This document shows, in pieces, positions 9,904 through 21,728 of a stretch of DNA of 64,000 nucleotides. Source of the DNA: an uncultured bacterium (GTDB taxonomy: Bacteria; Krumholzibacteriota; Krumholzibacteriia; LZORAL124-64-63); NCBI GenBank assembly GCA_963727525.1, contig CAVSGO010000008.1:32001-96000 (forward strand). Direction: 5' to 3'. The position numbers were made by a program, and so were the translations under genes. The notes below the pieces were generated by a model. The model was not told the DNA's origin. It made no database searches and saw only the letters and a list, made by a program, of their open reading frames with translations. Numbering within the stretch: the stretch's first letter is position 1; each line of letters begins with the position of its first letter.

Positions 9904-11013
9904 ATGAACACCAAAACCCTCACTTCATGCCCTACGCTTCCTCCCCACTGCCCCAACCCTAACTGCAAATACCACAAGCCTCAGCCGCAACCCTGGCCCT
10001 TCGCGCTCTTCGGCACCTTCTCCCGAAAATCCCCACCCTACACCGTCCAACGCTACCTCTGCCTGGCCTGCGGCAGAACCTGCTCAGACCAGACCTTCCG
10101 CACCACATACTGGCTCAAACGCGCCGATCTCCTGCCCAAGGTCCACAAGCACGCCGTCTCAGGTGCCGCCAACCGCCAGATCGCCAGGCTCCTCGACACC
10201 TCGCCGACGACCGTCGACAACCTCCTCGCCCGCCTCGGCCGACACTGCATCCTCTTCCATCGACACCTGGTGTCCCAGGCGTCACCCTTCGTGGACATCG
10301 CCATCGACGGGCTCGTCACCTTCGAGCACTCCCAGTACTTCCCCTACGAGATCGTCGCGGCCGTCGATCGCCCCTCCAGCTTCATCATCCACTTCGCCGA
10401 GGCCGAGCGGCGACGCAGCGGGGCGATGACCGACGAGCAGAAATGGAAACGGTCCCTCTTTGAACAAAACTATGGCCGGCCGGACCCCAGGTCGTTGATG
10501 CGGGCGCTGCTCGAGGTGCTCTCGGTCTCGCTCGACGGCGCCACCGAGGCCCACATCTGGAGCGACAAGCACAAGACCTATCCCTACGCGATCGCGAAGC
10601 TACGGTATTGCAAGGTGATCCACGAGACGATCGACTCCCGTCAGCCGCGGACGAGTCGCAACCCGTTGTTCGAGGTCAACTTGCTGGACATGTTGCTGCG
10701 GCATTGTTTGAAAGACCACACGCGGGAGACGATCGCGTTCGGGAAGCGACGCCAGCATTCGATCTACCGGCTGGCGATCTTCCTGGTGTGGCGCAACACG
10801 ATCAAGTTGCGTCGGGAGAAGCGGTGCTGGAGCACGCCGGCGATGCAGATCGGGATCGCCATGAAGCCCCTGACCGAGGATGAGGTGTTGTCGCGGCGGC
10901 TGTTCGTGTCGCATATCGAGTTGCCGCCGTTGTGGGATGACTACTACTGGCGACGGGTCGAGACGCGGCCATTGAAGGTGAACCGGAGGCACAAGCTGAC
11001 GTACGCCGCGTAG
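9904..11013 (+). mobile_element. IS1-like transposase (Zn ribbon + HTH + DDE-like core)
   Basis: CPNPNC...QRYLCLACGR; NRQIARLL HTH; IDG..FE, SDKHKTY, EVNLLDMLLRH..RETIAF, TPAMQIG; sits right after punA stop. Confidence 0.7.
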
Positions 11014-11160
11014 TGAGAAAGTCGGGCCTAGCGGGAGAGATCTCGGTGCGAAGCCTCGTCAACATTCTTCTTGGCACAACGTTGGCGTTGCCGGGGCGTT
11101 GCGCGATCGCTACCATGGAGCCACCACGCGTTCACCCCGAGCAAGGCAGACGATTTCACG

Positions 11161-11901
11161 ATGGCACCCCGTCTTCCGCACGTATCCCTGGGCAAGCCGG
11201 CCGAGGCCGGCGACCTCATTCTCGAGCGACGCCACCGCCTCGTGATGGGGCAGGCGCCGAACCGAGGTGGCACGCTGCTCGACTTCGGCTGCGGCCAGGG
11301 GGCTCAAAGTCTGCTCTTTACGGACGACTTCGCGCGTATCGTCGGCGTCGATGTCGAGGCGGGCCACGTCGCGACGTTCCAGCGTACTCTCGCAGCACGA
11401 GGCCTCGAGGATCGGGTAGAGGTGCGCCACTATGATGGCAATCGCTTACCCCTGGACGATGCGAGCGTAGATGCGGTGGTGTCGTTCGAGGTGCTGGAGC
11501 ACGTGCAGGACGAGCAATTGGCACTGGCCGAGATACGGCGTGTCCTGAAGCCCGGAGGCTGGGTCGCGATATCGGTGCCGAATCGCTGGTGGATCTTCGA
11601 GACGCACGGTGCCCGCCTGCCGTTGCTTCCGTGGAATCGCGTGCCGTTCGTGAGCTGGTGGCCTCGCGCGATCCACGACCGCTGGGCGCGCGCGCGGATC
11701 TACCGCCGCCGCGATGTCTGCACGCTGCTTGGCGGCGCGGGCTTCACGATTCGCGAAAGCGCCTACATCACGGCGCCGATGGACGTGGTCAAGCAGCCGG
11801 TGCTGCGCGATGCCCTGCGCCGCACGCTCTTCCGCGGTGACGTCACGGCCGTTCCGTTCAAGGCCACGGCGGTGCTCGTCGTGGCGGAGAAGCCCGCCTG
11901 A
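11161..11901 (+). CDS. Class I SAM-dependent methyltransferase (type 11)
   Basis: LLDFGCGQG, VSFEVLEHV, RVLKPGG. Confidence 0.9.
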   Translation: MAPRLPHVSLGKPAEAGDLILERRHRLVMGQAPNRGGTLLDFGCGQGAQSLLFTDDFARIVGVDVEAGHVATFQRTLAARGLEDRVEVRHYDGNRLPLDDASVDAVVSFEVLEHVQDEQLALAEIRRVLKPGGWVAISVPNRWWIFETHGARLPLLPWNRVPFVSWWPRAIHDRWARARIYRRRDVCTLLGGAGFTIRESAYITAPMDVVKQPVLRDALRRTLFRGDVTAVPFKATAVLVVAEKPA

Positions 11902-11921
11902 TTGCCGATCGCAGGATGGAG

Positions 11922-11953
11922 AAAGGCCCCGCCAGGACCATGGCGGGACCTTC
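11922..11953. terminator. Hairpin between convergent genes
   Basis: aaggccccgcca-ggacca-tggcgggacctt. Confidence 0.6.
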
Positions 11954-11968
11954 ATCGTCGGGTGGCGA

Positions 11969-13645
11969 TCACTTCGCCAGCACCACCTTCTGGACCGTGG
12001 TGCCGGCAGCGGTGCGTAGTACGGCGCAGTACACGCCCGCGGGGGCTGGGTGGCCGGTCGTGTCGCGGCCGTCCCAGGTGGCGGTGTGGGGGCCGGCCGC
12101 CAGCGCGGCGACCTGGAGCACGGCGATCGTGCGGCCGCGCAGGTCGACGATCGTCAGGTGCGCTGGTCCCGCGTCGGCCAGCGTGTAGCCCAGGGTCACG
12201 CGGGGGTTGAATGGGTTGGGCCAGGCGCCGGTGAGGCCGGTGACGGTGGGCACGCCGGCGTCGATTACCGGGGTCTGGCTGTCGGGGAGCTGGTAGCAGA
12301 GGGTGAGCAGGTCGTTCTGCGACGTGTACGAGTAGGCGTAGCCCGTCACCACCACCTCGCCGCCCGGCGTGATGGCGATGGCGGCCGGCTCGTCGCTCTG
12401 ACCCTCGCCATCGTAGCGGACGGCCCAGAGCGGAGCGCCGTCGGCAGGCGCGAAGCCCACGGTGGCGACGTCCCAGCCTGTATCCGTGCCGTCGCTGAAG
12501 CCGCTGGTGACGATGGTGCCGTCGGGGGCCTCGGCCAGCACGCCGGCCACGTCGTACCAGTTGGGCGGTCCCTGGTAGCCACCGGTCCACAGGGGATCAC
12601 CCGTGGCACCGTCGACCTTGAGCACGAAGTAGTCGCCGCCCGAGACGCCGCACACGAGCACGTTGCCGTCACGGTCGCGGACCATCTGCCGCGGGTCGTC
12701 CGCGGTGTTGCCGCTGGAATTCCAGCGTTGCGACCACGCGGTATGTCCGTCCGCCGACTCGTACCGGTGCAGCACGACGTCGTAGCCGGTGGTGCTGCTC
12801 CACGTGCGGCTGGCCATGACCACGTCGTCGTTGTCCATGAGCGCGAGCCAGCTCGTGCGCGCCTCGATGTTGTTGACGGCGCCGGGTTCCTGCTGCAACC
12901 AGAGCTGGGTGCCGTCGTCGCCGGCAAGCTTCGCCGTGACGAAGTCGGCCCCGCCGTCGGCAAGGCCGATGATGCCAGTGACCACGGGGTTGCCGTCGCT
13001 GCCCACCACGATGCTCAGACCGATGTCGTCGCAGACCTCGGCGCCGCCAATGGTCTGGCTCCAGAAGCAGTAGCCGCTGTCACCATGGTATTTCTGGACG
13101 ATGATGTCGTAGTAGCCGGTCGTGAAGGCGCGTCCCACCGTGAAGACGTTGCCCTCGCCGTCGACCGCCAGGTCGAAGATCGCTTCGTTGAATCCCTCAG
13201 GGCTGGCCCAGATCTCGCACCAGAGAACCTCTCCGGTGTCGCCGTGCAACTGGAGCACGGCGATATCGTCGCCATGGCCTCAGCCCACGCAGCCGCGCAC
13301 GTACCCGCCCACGAAGACGTCGCCTCGCGGCGAGATGGCCAGCTTCATCAGCGCCATGTCGTTGCCGCCGGGATCGCCCCAGCGCGCGCTCCACAGCTCG
13401 GAGTGGTCGACACCGGAGAGCTTGCGGACGAAGAGGTCGGACGCGCCATCGAGATCGGTGGATTCGCCGCCCACCAGGAGGTTGCCGTCGGGATCGACGA
13501 CCACCGCCGTGCCGACGTCGTTCTGCAGGAGTCCGCCGTCGTAGACGTCGGAAAACATCAGGCTCGGCTCGGCGGCCAGGGCCAGGCTCGCACCGAGCAC
13601 GAGCGGTAGCACCAGGCGGAGAGCTTTCCAGGCCGGTTCACGCAT
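11969..13645 (-). CDS. Secreted beta-propeller protein with C-terminal FlgD-Ig domain; in-frame TGA at 13280-13282 (candidate selenocysteine, CxxU)
   Basis: ORFs 13280..13723 and 11969..13258 share a frame and are joined as GYVRGCVG-TGA-GHGDDIAVLQL; signal peptide; propeller blades on both sides; PNPFNPR...WDGRD...GVY tail. Confidence 0.8.
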
Positions 13646-13793
13646 GAATTCCAGCTCCTTCGGGACAGGGAGGCATGGCGCATCCTGCCGATGCGCCCTC
13701 AAGACCGAGCGAGAAGGTATCATATTAGCACATCGAAGCGAAAAAGGGGAGACGCCAATGCGCGCGGTGTGTCCTGGCGCCCGCCGGCCCCTG

Positions 13794-14738
13794 CTAGGGC
13801 GAAACGGTGATCGTGGCGAATTCCACGCCGGACGCGTGCCAGTGATCGCGCACCTCCACGGCCACCTCGAATGTGCCCGGATGCTCGACGATGGTGTCCA
13901 GCGTGGCCACGCTCACCCAGGAAGTCCAGGGCGTGTCGACATCGCCGATGCGCCACCGTCGCGTCAGGGTGTCCATGTCGGCGTCATGGCTGGCCGAGCT
14001 GTCGAGGTGGAAGACCGACTGGATCGGTCCGGACGCCGGCGAGACTGACAGCGCGGCCACCGGGTCGTGGTTGGCGAGATAAGCCACGAGCTGGTAGCTC
14101 AGGCTCGGGGCCACGGTACCCGGTTCGGGATCGATGCCCGTCGCGTCCTGTACGCCGACCACGCGGTAGGCGGGCGGCGTGGCCGACGAATCCGCGCGCA
14201 CGTAGATGATCAACTGTCCCGTGCTCGCCGGATCCAGGGCGTAGCCGTCGCCGTGCAGGGTGACCGCCACGTCGAACTCGCCCTGCTGCGAATCCGGCCA
14301 TGGCGAGCCAGACGGCGCGTCTGCGAACGACCTCACCAGCGACCAGGCGGAGACCTCCACCGAGTCGACACCGGCCAGCGGCACGTTCCCGTAGGAGAAT
14401 TGCTCTCCCGAGAACAGGTGCGCGAGCGCACGGCGCAGCTCTTCCGGCGTGAGGGTCTCCACGGGCCAGCCCAGCCGCGCGCGGTCGCCGGGTTCCAGGA
14501 TCCAGGTGGCGTCGGCCGCGAGCACGGAGTCCATGGCCACCGTATCGCGCGTCCCCAGGGCGTCGCGCAGACCTTCGGCGGCGCCGAGAGGCGTCGACAG
14601 ATCGTAGACCACCGGGTCGGGTCCGGCGGGGCCGACCATATCGGCCCCGTGCTTGCGATCCTCGGCACAACCGATGGTCAGGACGATGAGGGCGAGGGGG
14701 ACCAGGAACAGGAACTGTCGTGCGTCGTGAGAGGTCAT
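13794..14738 (-). CDS. Lipoprotein with C-terminal PKD-like domain
   Basis: LTIGC lipobox; LDSSASHDAD..W..GD...PGTFEVAVEVRD. Confidence 0.65.
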   Translation of the reverse strand: MTSHDARQFLFLVPLALIVLTIGCAEDRKHGADMVGPAGPDPVVYDLSTPLGAAEGLRDALGTRDTVAMDSVLAADATWILEPGDRARLGWPVETLTPEELRRALAHLFSGEQFSYGNVPLAGVDSVEVSAWSLVRSFADAPSGSPWPDSQQGEFDVAVTLHGDGYALDPASTGQLIIYVRADSSATPPAYRVVGVQDATGIDPEPGTVAPSLSYQLVAYLANHDPVAALSVSPASGPIQSVFHLDSSASHDADMDTLTRRWRIGDVDTPWTSWVSVATLDTIVEHPGTFEVAVEVRDHWHASGVEFATITVSP

Positions 14739-15517
14739 GATCCCGCCTCGTTCGCGATGTAGCCGGGTGGTGGTTCGAAGAGCTTGGGCGACACCCGTCG
14801 CTCCTGGGCGGCGACCAGATCCGTCGTCGATCTCACCTGGCGGTGGAATACGTCGATGATCGTGGTGGCCCGCACAGGCAGACCCTGGACCTTGGCGAGC
14901 TCCGCCATGGCTGCGGCGCCCCCGGGCAGACCGACGAGCGTGGCGAAGGACGCCCTGCGCAGGAGCCCGAGATCGACTTTCAGATCGCGCGTGACCCACT
15001 GCTCCGTCGTCGTGGTGGCATCGCCCATCCGGATCTCGACGATGTAACGATGGCAGTGATAGCCGTTGATGGTCTCATCGTCGCCCGTGTCCACGACTCG
15101 CGCGGACACGCGCACCATCTCCGTGAGTTGCCTCGTGCGCGGGGTACGGGAATCGGTCGTGTCCGCCACGGCGGCGAGTTGCGAGAGCAGGTGGCTAGCC
15201 TCGTCGAACGTGAGGTTGAGATACGTGCGGTTCTTGCGGTCGAGCAACAGCACCGTGCCTGTATCGGCCCGCAGGACGAACGTCTGCTGGGGGCCTTCGC
15301 GGCGGACGCGATCGGCGGCCAGCCAGGTTTCCGTGGTGTCGGCATGGGCCGGAACATTCTGTCCAGGGAGCTGCGCGGCCTCGGTCCGGGTGACCTGAAT
15401 GAGGTGCATGGCCGGGATGCGCGCATCGCGACCGCAACCGCCTATGACGAACAATACGATCGCGCCAAACGCGACCAGAATCGTCCGAACGTATCGGAAC
15501 CAGCGGTGACTGGGCAT
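14735..15517 (-). CDS. DUF4412-like lipoprotein
   Basis: IGGC lipobox; ETINGYHCHRY..W, GLPVR, LFEPPPGY. Confidence 0.7.
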   Translation of the reverse strand: MPSHRWFRYVRTILVAFGAIVLFVIGGCGRDARIPAMHLIQVTRTEAAQLPGQNVPAHADTTETWLAADRVRREGPQQTFVLRADTGTVLLLDRKNRTYLNLTFDEASHLLSQLAAVADTTDSRTPRTRQLTEMVRVSARVVDTGDDETINGYHCHRYIVEIRMGDATTTTEQWVTRDLKVDLGLLRRASFATLVGLPGGAAAMAELAKVQGLPVRATTIIDVFHRQVRSTTDLVAAQERRVSPKLFEPPPGYIANEAGS

Positions 15518-15698
15518 GGTTCGACCTCGCTCGCGGTGTCCCGTACAGGATACGCAGGCAGGATACGTAGCATCAAGACGGAACACAAGCCGCGGCCTGG
15601 CTCCGCGCGAAGTCGGACTTGTCCCGGCGCGGGATTGGCTGTTTGATTGGCGGCGGCGCGAGACCGCGCCGTCGATCGACTCTGTCCGGGAGGATGTC

Positions 15699-17777
15699 AT
15701 GCGCTCGCGCCGGTTTCCGTTCGTCTTCACCGCCATGGTGGCCCTCACTCTCGGCACGGCCGTCACGCAAGCCGCGCCCGCGGCCGACGCGCCGCAGACC
15801 CTCACCATCACCGACTTCTTGCAGATCCCCACGCTGGGATCGGTCGCGGTGGCGCCGGACGGTCGTCGCGTGGCCTACGTCAAGACGTGGCGGGATCTGG
15901 AGGCCGACACATACCAGCACGAACTGTGGCTGGCGCAGGTCGCTTCGGGGGCGAAGCGGCAGATCACGTTCCAGGACAGCGAGATCGGGCATCTCGCCTG
16001 GCGCCCCGACGGAGCCCTGAGCTTCCTGCGCAACGTCGACGACAAGGCGCAGGTGTGGGTGAATCTCCTCGATGGTAGCGAGCCGCATCCGGTCACCGAT
16101 TTTCCGGAGGGTGTCGACAACTACTGGTGGTCGCCGTCCGGCACCTGGCTCGCGGTGGTTGCGAACGCGGTCGAGGACACGACCGGGCCAAAGAAGGACG
16201 ACCGCGCCGATTGGACGGTGTTCGATCGCCTCGAGCAGCCCGACACCTTCCCGCAGCTCTGGCTCGTGCCGGCGGGGCTCGCCGATCAGCCGCACGACGA
16301 CCGCGAGGCGCGACAGCTCTCCCGGCCGCCGTATCACGTGTACCACGCGGCCTGGTCGCCGGACGGGGCGCAGCTCGCCGTCACCTATAACCCGCGTTTC
16401 TCCAGCCTCGTCGACGAGGAACAGCACGTGGCCCTGGTGGACGTGCAGACCAACGAGTGGCGCGATATCAGCGATCCGCAGCGCCACGCGTCGTACGCGG
16501 TATGGTCGCCCGACGGGAAGCAGGTGGCGTACTTCACCGACCGCGAGCAGGACCTGCGTGCGTACCTGAACCTGAAGGACCTCGTGGTCTACGACCTCGC
16601 CAGCAGCGAGGAAACGACCCTCACCCCTCACCACCAGCTTGCGCTCGGCGGCACCGGGTCCACGCCGGAGTCGGCGCCGCTCTGGAGCGAAGACGGCCGC
16701 ACCATCACCGTGTCCGCGGCCCAGGGTACGGCGTACGATCTCTATGCGGTGGACGTCCGCGCCCGCAAGCTGGCTCCGATCACGCGACTCGCCGGCAATC
16801 TCGGCTCGTGGGACCTGCGCCGCGACACGCTCGCGTACGTCGAGAGTGCGCGGCACCTGCCGGGAAGCCTCTCCGTACGCGCCGCGGTTGGCGGTGAGGC
16901 CCGCGAGATCGACACGACCAATGACAGCGTGGCGCGTTTCCATCTGCTGCCGGCCCGCAAGCTCGCGCTCACGGGCAAGGATGGTCAGCCGATCGAGGGC
17001 TTCCTCTATCTGCCTCCCGGTGCGGGCGACCGCGATCACCTACCGGGCGTCATCGAGATGCACGGTGGGCCCTACTTCCGCTACGGCAACGCCTGGACCA
17101 CGCGGTACCCGTGGCAAGTGCTGTCGCAGGCCGGCTTCGCGGTGTTCATCGTCAATCCGCGCGGCGGCACGGGCTATGGGCAGGACTTCCTGCGTGGCGT
17201 GTACCGCAACTTCGGCACCGACGACTACCTCGATATCATGGCCGCCGTCGACACGCTCGTGGCCCGCGGCACCGTGGACGGCGATCACCTGGGGTTCACG
17301 GGCTACAGCTATGGGGGGCTGATGACCGATGTCGTGATCAGCCGCACCGACCGCTTCAAGTGCGCCGTCTCCATCGCCGGCATCTTCGACTTCGTGTCGG
17401 CCATGGGCGAGAGCAATCCGCAGCTCTTCATCGATAGCTACGCGCAACCCTGGTCGCACGATCTGCAGCGGATGTGGGAGCACAGTCCGGTGTCGCGCGC
17501 CGCTTCGTTCGTCACGCCCACGCTGGTCATGCATGGCCTTGCCGACGAGCCCGTGGATCCGCGACAGTCCATCGAGATGTTCAGCTACCTGCAGCTCAAC
17601 GGCGTGCCCAGTCGCCTCGTGCTGTATCCTGATGAGGGGCACGGCATCAACCGGCCAAGCCACATGCTCGATTACGAGACGCGCGAACTGCAGTGGTTCC
17701 AGCACTATTTGCTGGGTGACGAGAACGCGGCGGGAGCCAAGCCTCCCGTGCCCGTGGAACCCGAACCGGGGCGGTGA
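15699..17777 (+). CDS. S9 family peptidase (acylaminoacyl/dipeptidyl peptidase), secreted
   Basis: Signal peptide; WSPDG propeller repeats; HGGP, GYSYGG, D-EPV, EGHG. Confidence 0.93.
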   Translation: MRSRRFPFVFTAMVALTLGTAVTQAAPAADAPQTLTITDFLQIPTLGSVAVAPDGRRVAYVKTWRDLEADTYQHELWLAQVASGAKRQITFQDSEIGHLAWRPDGALSFLRNVDDKAQVWVNLLDGSEPHPVTDFPEGVDNYWWSPSGTWLAVVANAVEDTTGPKKDDRADWTVFDRLEQPDTFPQLWLVPAGLADQPHDDREARQLSRPPYHVYHAAWSPDGAQLAVTYNPRFSSLVDEEQHVALVDVQTNEWRDISDPQRHASYAVWSPDGKQVAYFTDREQDLRAYLNLKDLVVYDLASSEETTLTPHHQLALGGTGSTPESAPLWSEDGRTITVSAAQGTAYDLYAVDVRARKLAPITRLAGNLGSWDLRRDTLAYVESARHLPGSLSVRAAVGGEAREIDTTNDSVARFHLLPARKLALTGKDGQPIEGFLYLPPGAGDRDHLPGVIEMHGGPYFRYGNAWTTRYPWQVLSQAGFAVFIVNPRGGTGYGQDFLRGVYRNFGTDDYLDIMAAVDTLVARGTVDGDHLGFTGYSYGGLMTDVVISRTDRFKCAVSIAGIFDFVSAMGESNPQLFIDSYAQPWSHDLQRMWEHSPVSRAASFVTPTLVMHGLADEPVDPRQSIEMFSYLQLNGVPSRLVLYPDEGHGINRPSHMLDYETRELQWFQHYLLGDENAAGAKPPVPVEPEPGR

Positions 17778-17781
17778 GGCG

Positions 17782-18579
17782 ATGACCACGGCAGGCACCG
17801 GGCCTCGCGGCGAGCAACCGCTCGCCGGTCGCCGTGTCGTCGTGACGCGGGCCGCCGATCAATCTGCCGCCCTGGTCGCGGCGCTGGGCGAGATGGGGGC
17901 GGAGGTCATCTGCCTGCCCACGATCGCGACGGAGACGGTCGTCCCCGGCGACATGGCGATGCTCCTGAATCGTCTGGGCAGTTACGACTGGATCTTCGTC
18001 ACGAGCGAGAATGGCGTGCGGCATCTGCTGGCTGTCCTGGCCTCTGTCGGCCACGATCCGTCGCCGCTGTCCCGCGCGAGATTCGCCGCCGTGGGGCGGG
18101 GTACGGCGACCGCCCTGGGCCGGGCCGGCCTGGACGTGGCCTTCGTTCCGGCCGTGGCCGCAGGGAAGGCGATGCTGCGCGAATTCGAGGCCGGCTGGGA
18201 CGTGCGCGGTCTGCGCGTGTTGCGCGTGCGTGGCGACCTCGCGGGGCCCGAACTGGAGCGGGGGTTGCGCGCCGCGGGGGCGCAGGTCGACATCGCAACC
18301 GTCTACCTCACTCGGCCAGCCACCCCCGATCCCGATCTCGTGAACCGGATACGGCAGGGAACCCTGGCGGCGGTGACCTTCGCGAGCGGATCTTCGGTCG
18401 AGTCCTTTGCCAAGATGTTCACCAACAACATGTTGTACGTGTCCACGCCTGCGGTGTGCATCGGCCAGGTCACGGCGGCGGCAGCCCGCCGCGCCGGCTG
18501 GCGGCGCGTGGTCGTGGCGGGCCACGCCTCGACCCTGGCGCTGGCCCGCGCCGTCGTGGACGCCGTGTCCTGGTCCTGA
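17782..18579 (+). CDS. hemD: Uroporphyrinogen-III synthase
   Basis: LAGRRVVVTR, DWIFVTSENGV, AVGRGTA, VY, TFASGSSV, CIGQVTA. Confidence 0.88.
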   Translation: MTTAGTGPRGEQPLAGRRVVVTRAADQSAALVAALGEMGAEVICLPTIATETVVPGDMAMLLNRLGSYDWIFVTSENGVRHLLAVLASVGHDPSPLSRARFAAVGRGTATALGRAGLDVAFVPAVAAGKAMLREFEAGWDVRGLRVLRVRGDLAGPELERGLRAAGAQVDIATVYLTRPATPDPDLVNRIRQGTLAAVTFASGSSVESFAKMFTNNMLYVSTPAVCIGQVTAAAARRAGWRRVVVAGHASTLALARAVVDAVSWS

Positions 18580-18700
18580 CGCTCAATGCTACTGCATTCC
18601 GGCCGATATCCCGGGGGTCGACGCCCCCCGCCGGCGCGCTGTCCGGCCCGTCTGTGGGGGGTGCCCACACCCGAGTCGGGTAAGAGGAAGGGCGCAGGGG

Positions 18701-20002
18701 ATGTTTTCGGAATACCTCCATCACGTGTGCCGTGCCGCCCTGGATGTCCTGTCGCCGGCGGTGGCGGGCGATTTCCTGGCCTGCGATCTCGTGCAGATCG
18801 ATCGCAAGGAATTCGACTTCCAGGCAGTGGCGGCCGCCCACTACACGCAGGGGCCGCTGCGGCGACTGGTCGTGGGGTGTGAGCAGCGCCTCGCGGCGAG
18901 CCTCGCGCAGAAGTGGAATCCCGTGTCCACCGTGACTCCGGTGTCCGGGTTGCAATCATTCTGCGAGCGCCTGCAGGTGCGGCTCGGAGCGGAAGCCTCC
19001 TTCGCAACCCTGGGCGGGCAGACATTCCTGGTGCACGATTCGGATCAATTCCGCGTCTTCTGCGATGGCGCCCGCAACTTTCATTTCCGGGTTGCGTTGG
19101 CCGAGGGACGCCTCGATCTCCTGCTCGACATGGCGCCGCGCAATCTTGGTTGCACCTGGCTCGACACGACGCTGCATGCGGCTGCCCACGACCTCACGGG
19201 AGGCGGAACCGGAGAGGCCGTGGCCGAACCCGCCGTCGTCGAACGCATCATGGTGTATCTCTGCGAGTCGGGAGCGGATGTGCAGGTCAAGGTCACCGGG
19301 ATCGGCGGGCGTCTGGAACTCATGCCAGCGACCTTCATCCAGGGAGGCCTCGATCGCCAGAACCGCGCGCTCACATTGACCTGCGCCCGTCGCCCCGGCG
19401 TGCTCGACGAGCACGAGACTCCGGCGGAGGTCGATCTCGTCTTCATTCTGCAGGAAAAGTTGCTCGAGTGTACGTGTCCGGTGATCGAGCAGCAGCCGGG
19501 CGTGCTGGACGACGACATCGCGTTGCCGGTGCTCAGGCTCGGGTTTCCGCGCGGCGTGGCCTATGGGCAACGGCGTGGCGCGTTCCGAATGACGCCGTCG
19601 ACGCGTATCACCGGCACGATCCAGCGCATGTCGGCGCCGGAAGCTAACCTCGGCCTCGTCCGTGGGCGGATCCCGATGGAAGTGGAAGACATCAGCTACA
19701 CGGGTGTGCGCCTGTCTCTTGCGGCCAATGCCATCCTCTCGGGGTTCAAGGGCGGTGCGCCGGTGGAGTGCCGGTTCCAGCTCCCGTCGCCGACAGGACC
19801 GGTGACGGTGACGGGACTGGTGCGCCGGCTCAGCATGTACAGCGAGGGGAAACTGCAACGCGGCGCGAATCTCGGCGTGGAATTCGATGCCACGATCGGC
19901 CAGACCGAGGAGGGACTCGAGGCGATTCGCCGGTACATTCGCAGTTGCTTCGGATCACCCACCGACGGTGGTGTTTCGTTGGAGCCTTGCTGCCGCTCCT
20001 GA
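18701..20002 (+). CDS. PilZ-domain (YcgR-like) c-di-GMP receptor with extra N-terminal domain
   Basis: QRRGAFR (RxxxR), DISYTG (DxSxxG), LGVEF. Confidence 0.75.
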   Translation: MFSEYLHHVCRAALDVLSPAVAGDFLACDLVQIDRKEFDFQAVAAAHYTQGPLRRLVVGCEQRLAASLAQKWNPVSTVTPVSGLQSFCERLQVRLGAEASFATLGGQTFLVHDSDQFRVFCDGARNFHFRVALAEGRLDLLLDMAPRNLGCTWLDTTLHAAAHDLTGGGTGEAVAEPAVVERIMVYLCESGADVQVKVTGIGGRLELMPATFIQGGLDRQNRALTLTCARRPGVLDEHETPAEVDLVFILQEKLLECTCPVIEQQPGVLDDDIALPVLRLGFPRGVAYGQRRGAFRMTPSTRITGTIQRMSAPEANLGLVRGRIPMEVEDISYTGVRLSLAANAILSGFKGGAPVECRFQLPSPTGPVTVTGLVRRLSMYSEGKLQRGANLGVEFDATIGQTEEGLEAIRRYIRSCFGSPTDGGVSLEPCCRS

Positions 20003-20034
20003 GGTTCGCCGGCCGCAGTACGTTGCCCAGAATC

Positions 20035-20068
20035 CACCGGCCGCGGGTGTCGCCACCCGCGGCCGGTG
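20035..20068. terminator. Bidirectional hairpin between convergent genes
   Basis: caccggccgcgggtg-tcgc-cacccgcggccggtg, perfect 15-bp stem. Confidence 0.75.
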
Positions 20069-20094
20069 TCTGTTCCGGTCAGCGATATCACGGC

Positions 20095-21543
<1,449 letters not shown>

Positions 21544-21728
21544 GGTAACCTCCGTATGCTCGTGTTCGCACAGGTCCGCCAGGGGCCGGAGGCTGTGCGT
21601 CATGTGTGTCTACGCTTATGACAGCTATCTGGCGGAAATAGTCACAATCATTTGCCTAAAGCGCCACAACGTTTTTTTTCCGTGACCGTGATACGGTGCG
21701 TGGTGTCCAAGGGACGAAGGAGACGGAC

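Noticed and set aside
15699-17777. S9 peptidase as the RiPP leader peptidase
   Set aside because: About 9 kb away, in a separate unit with hemD; no direct link
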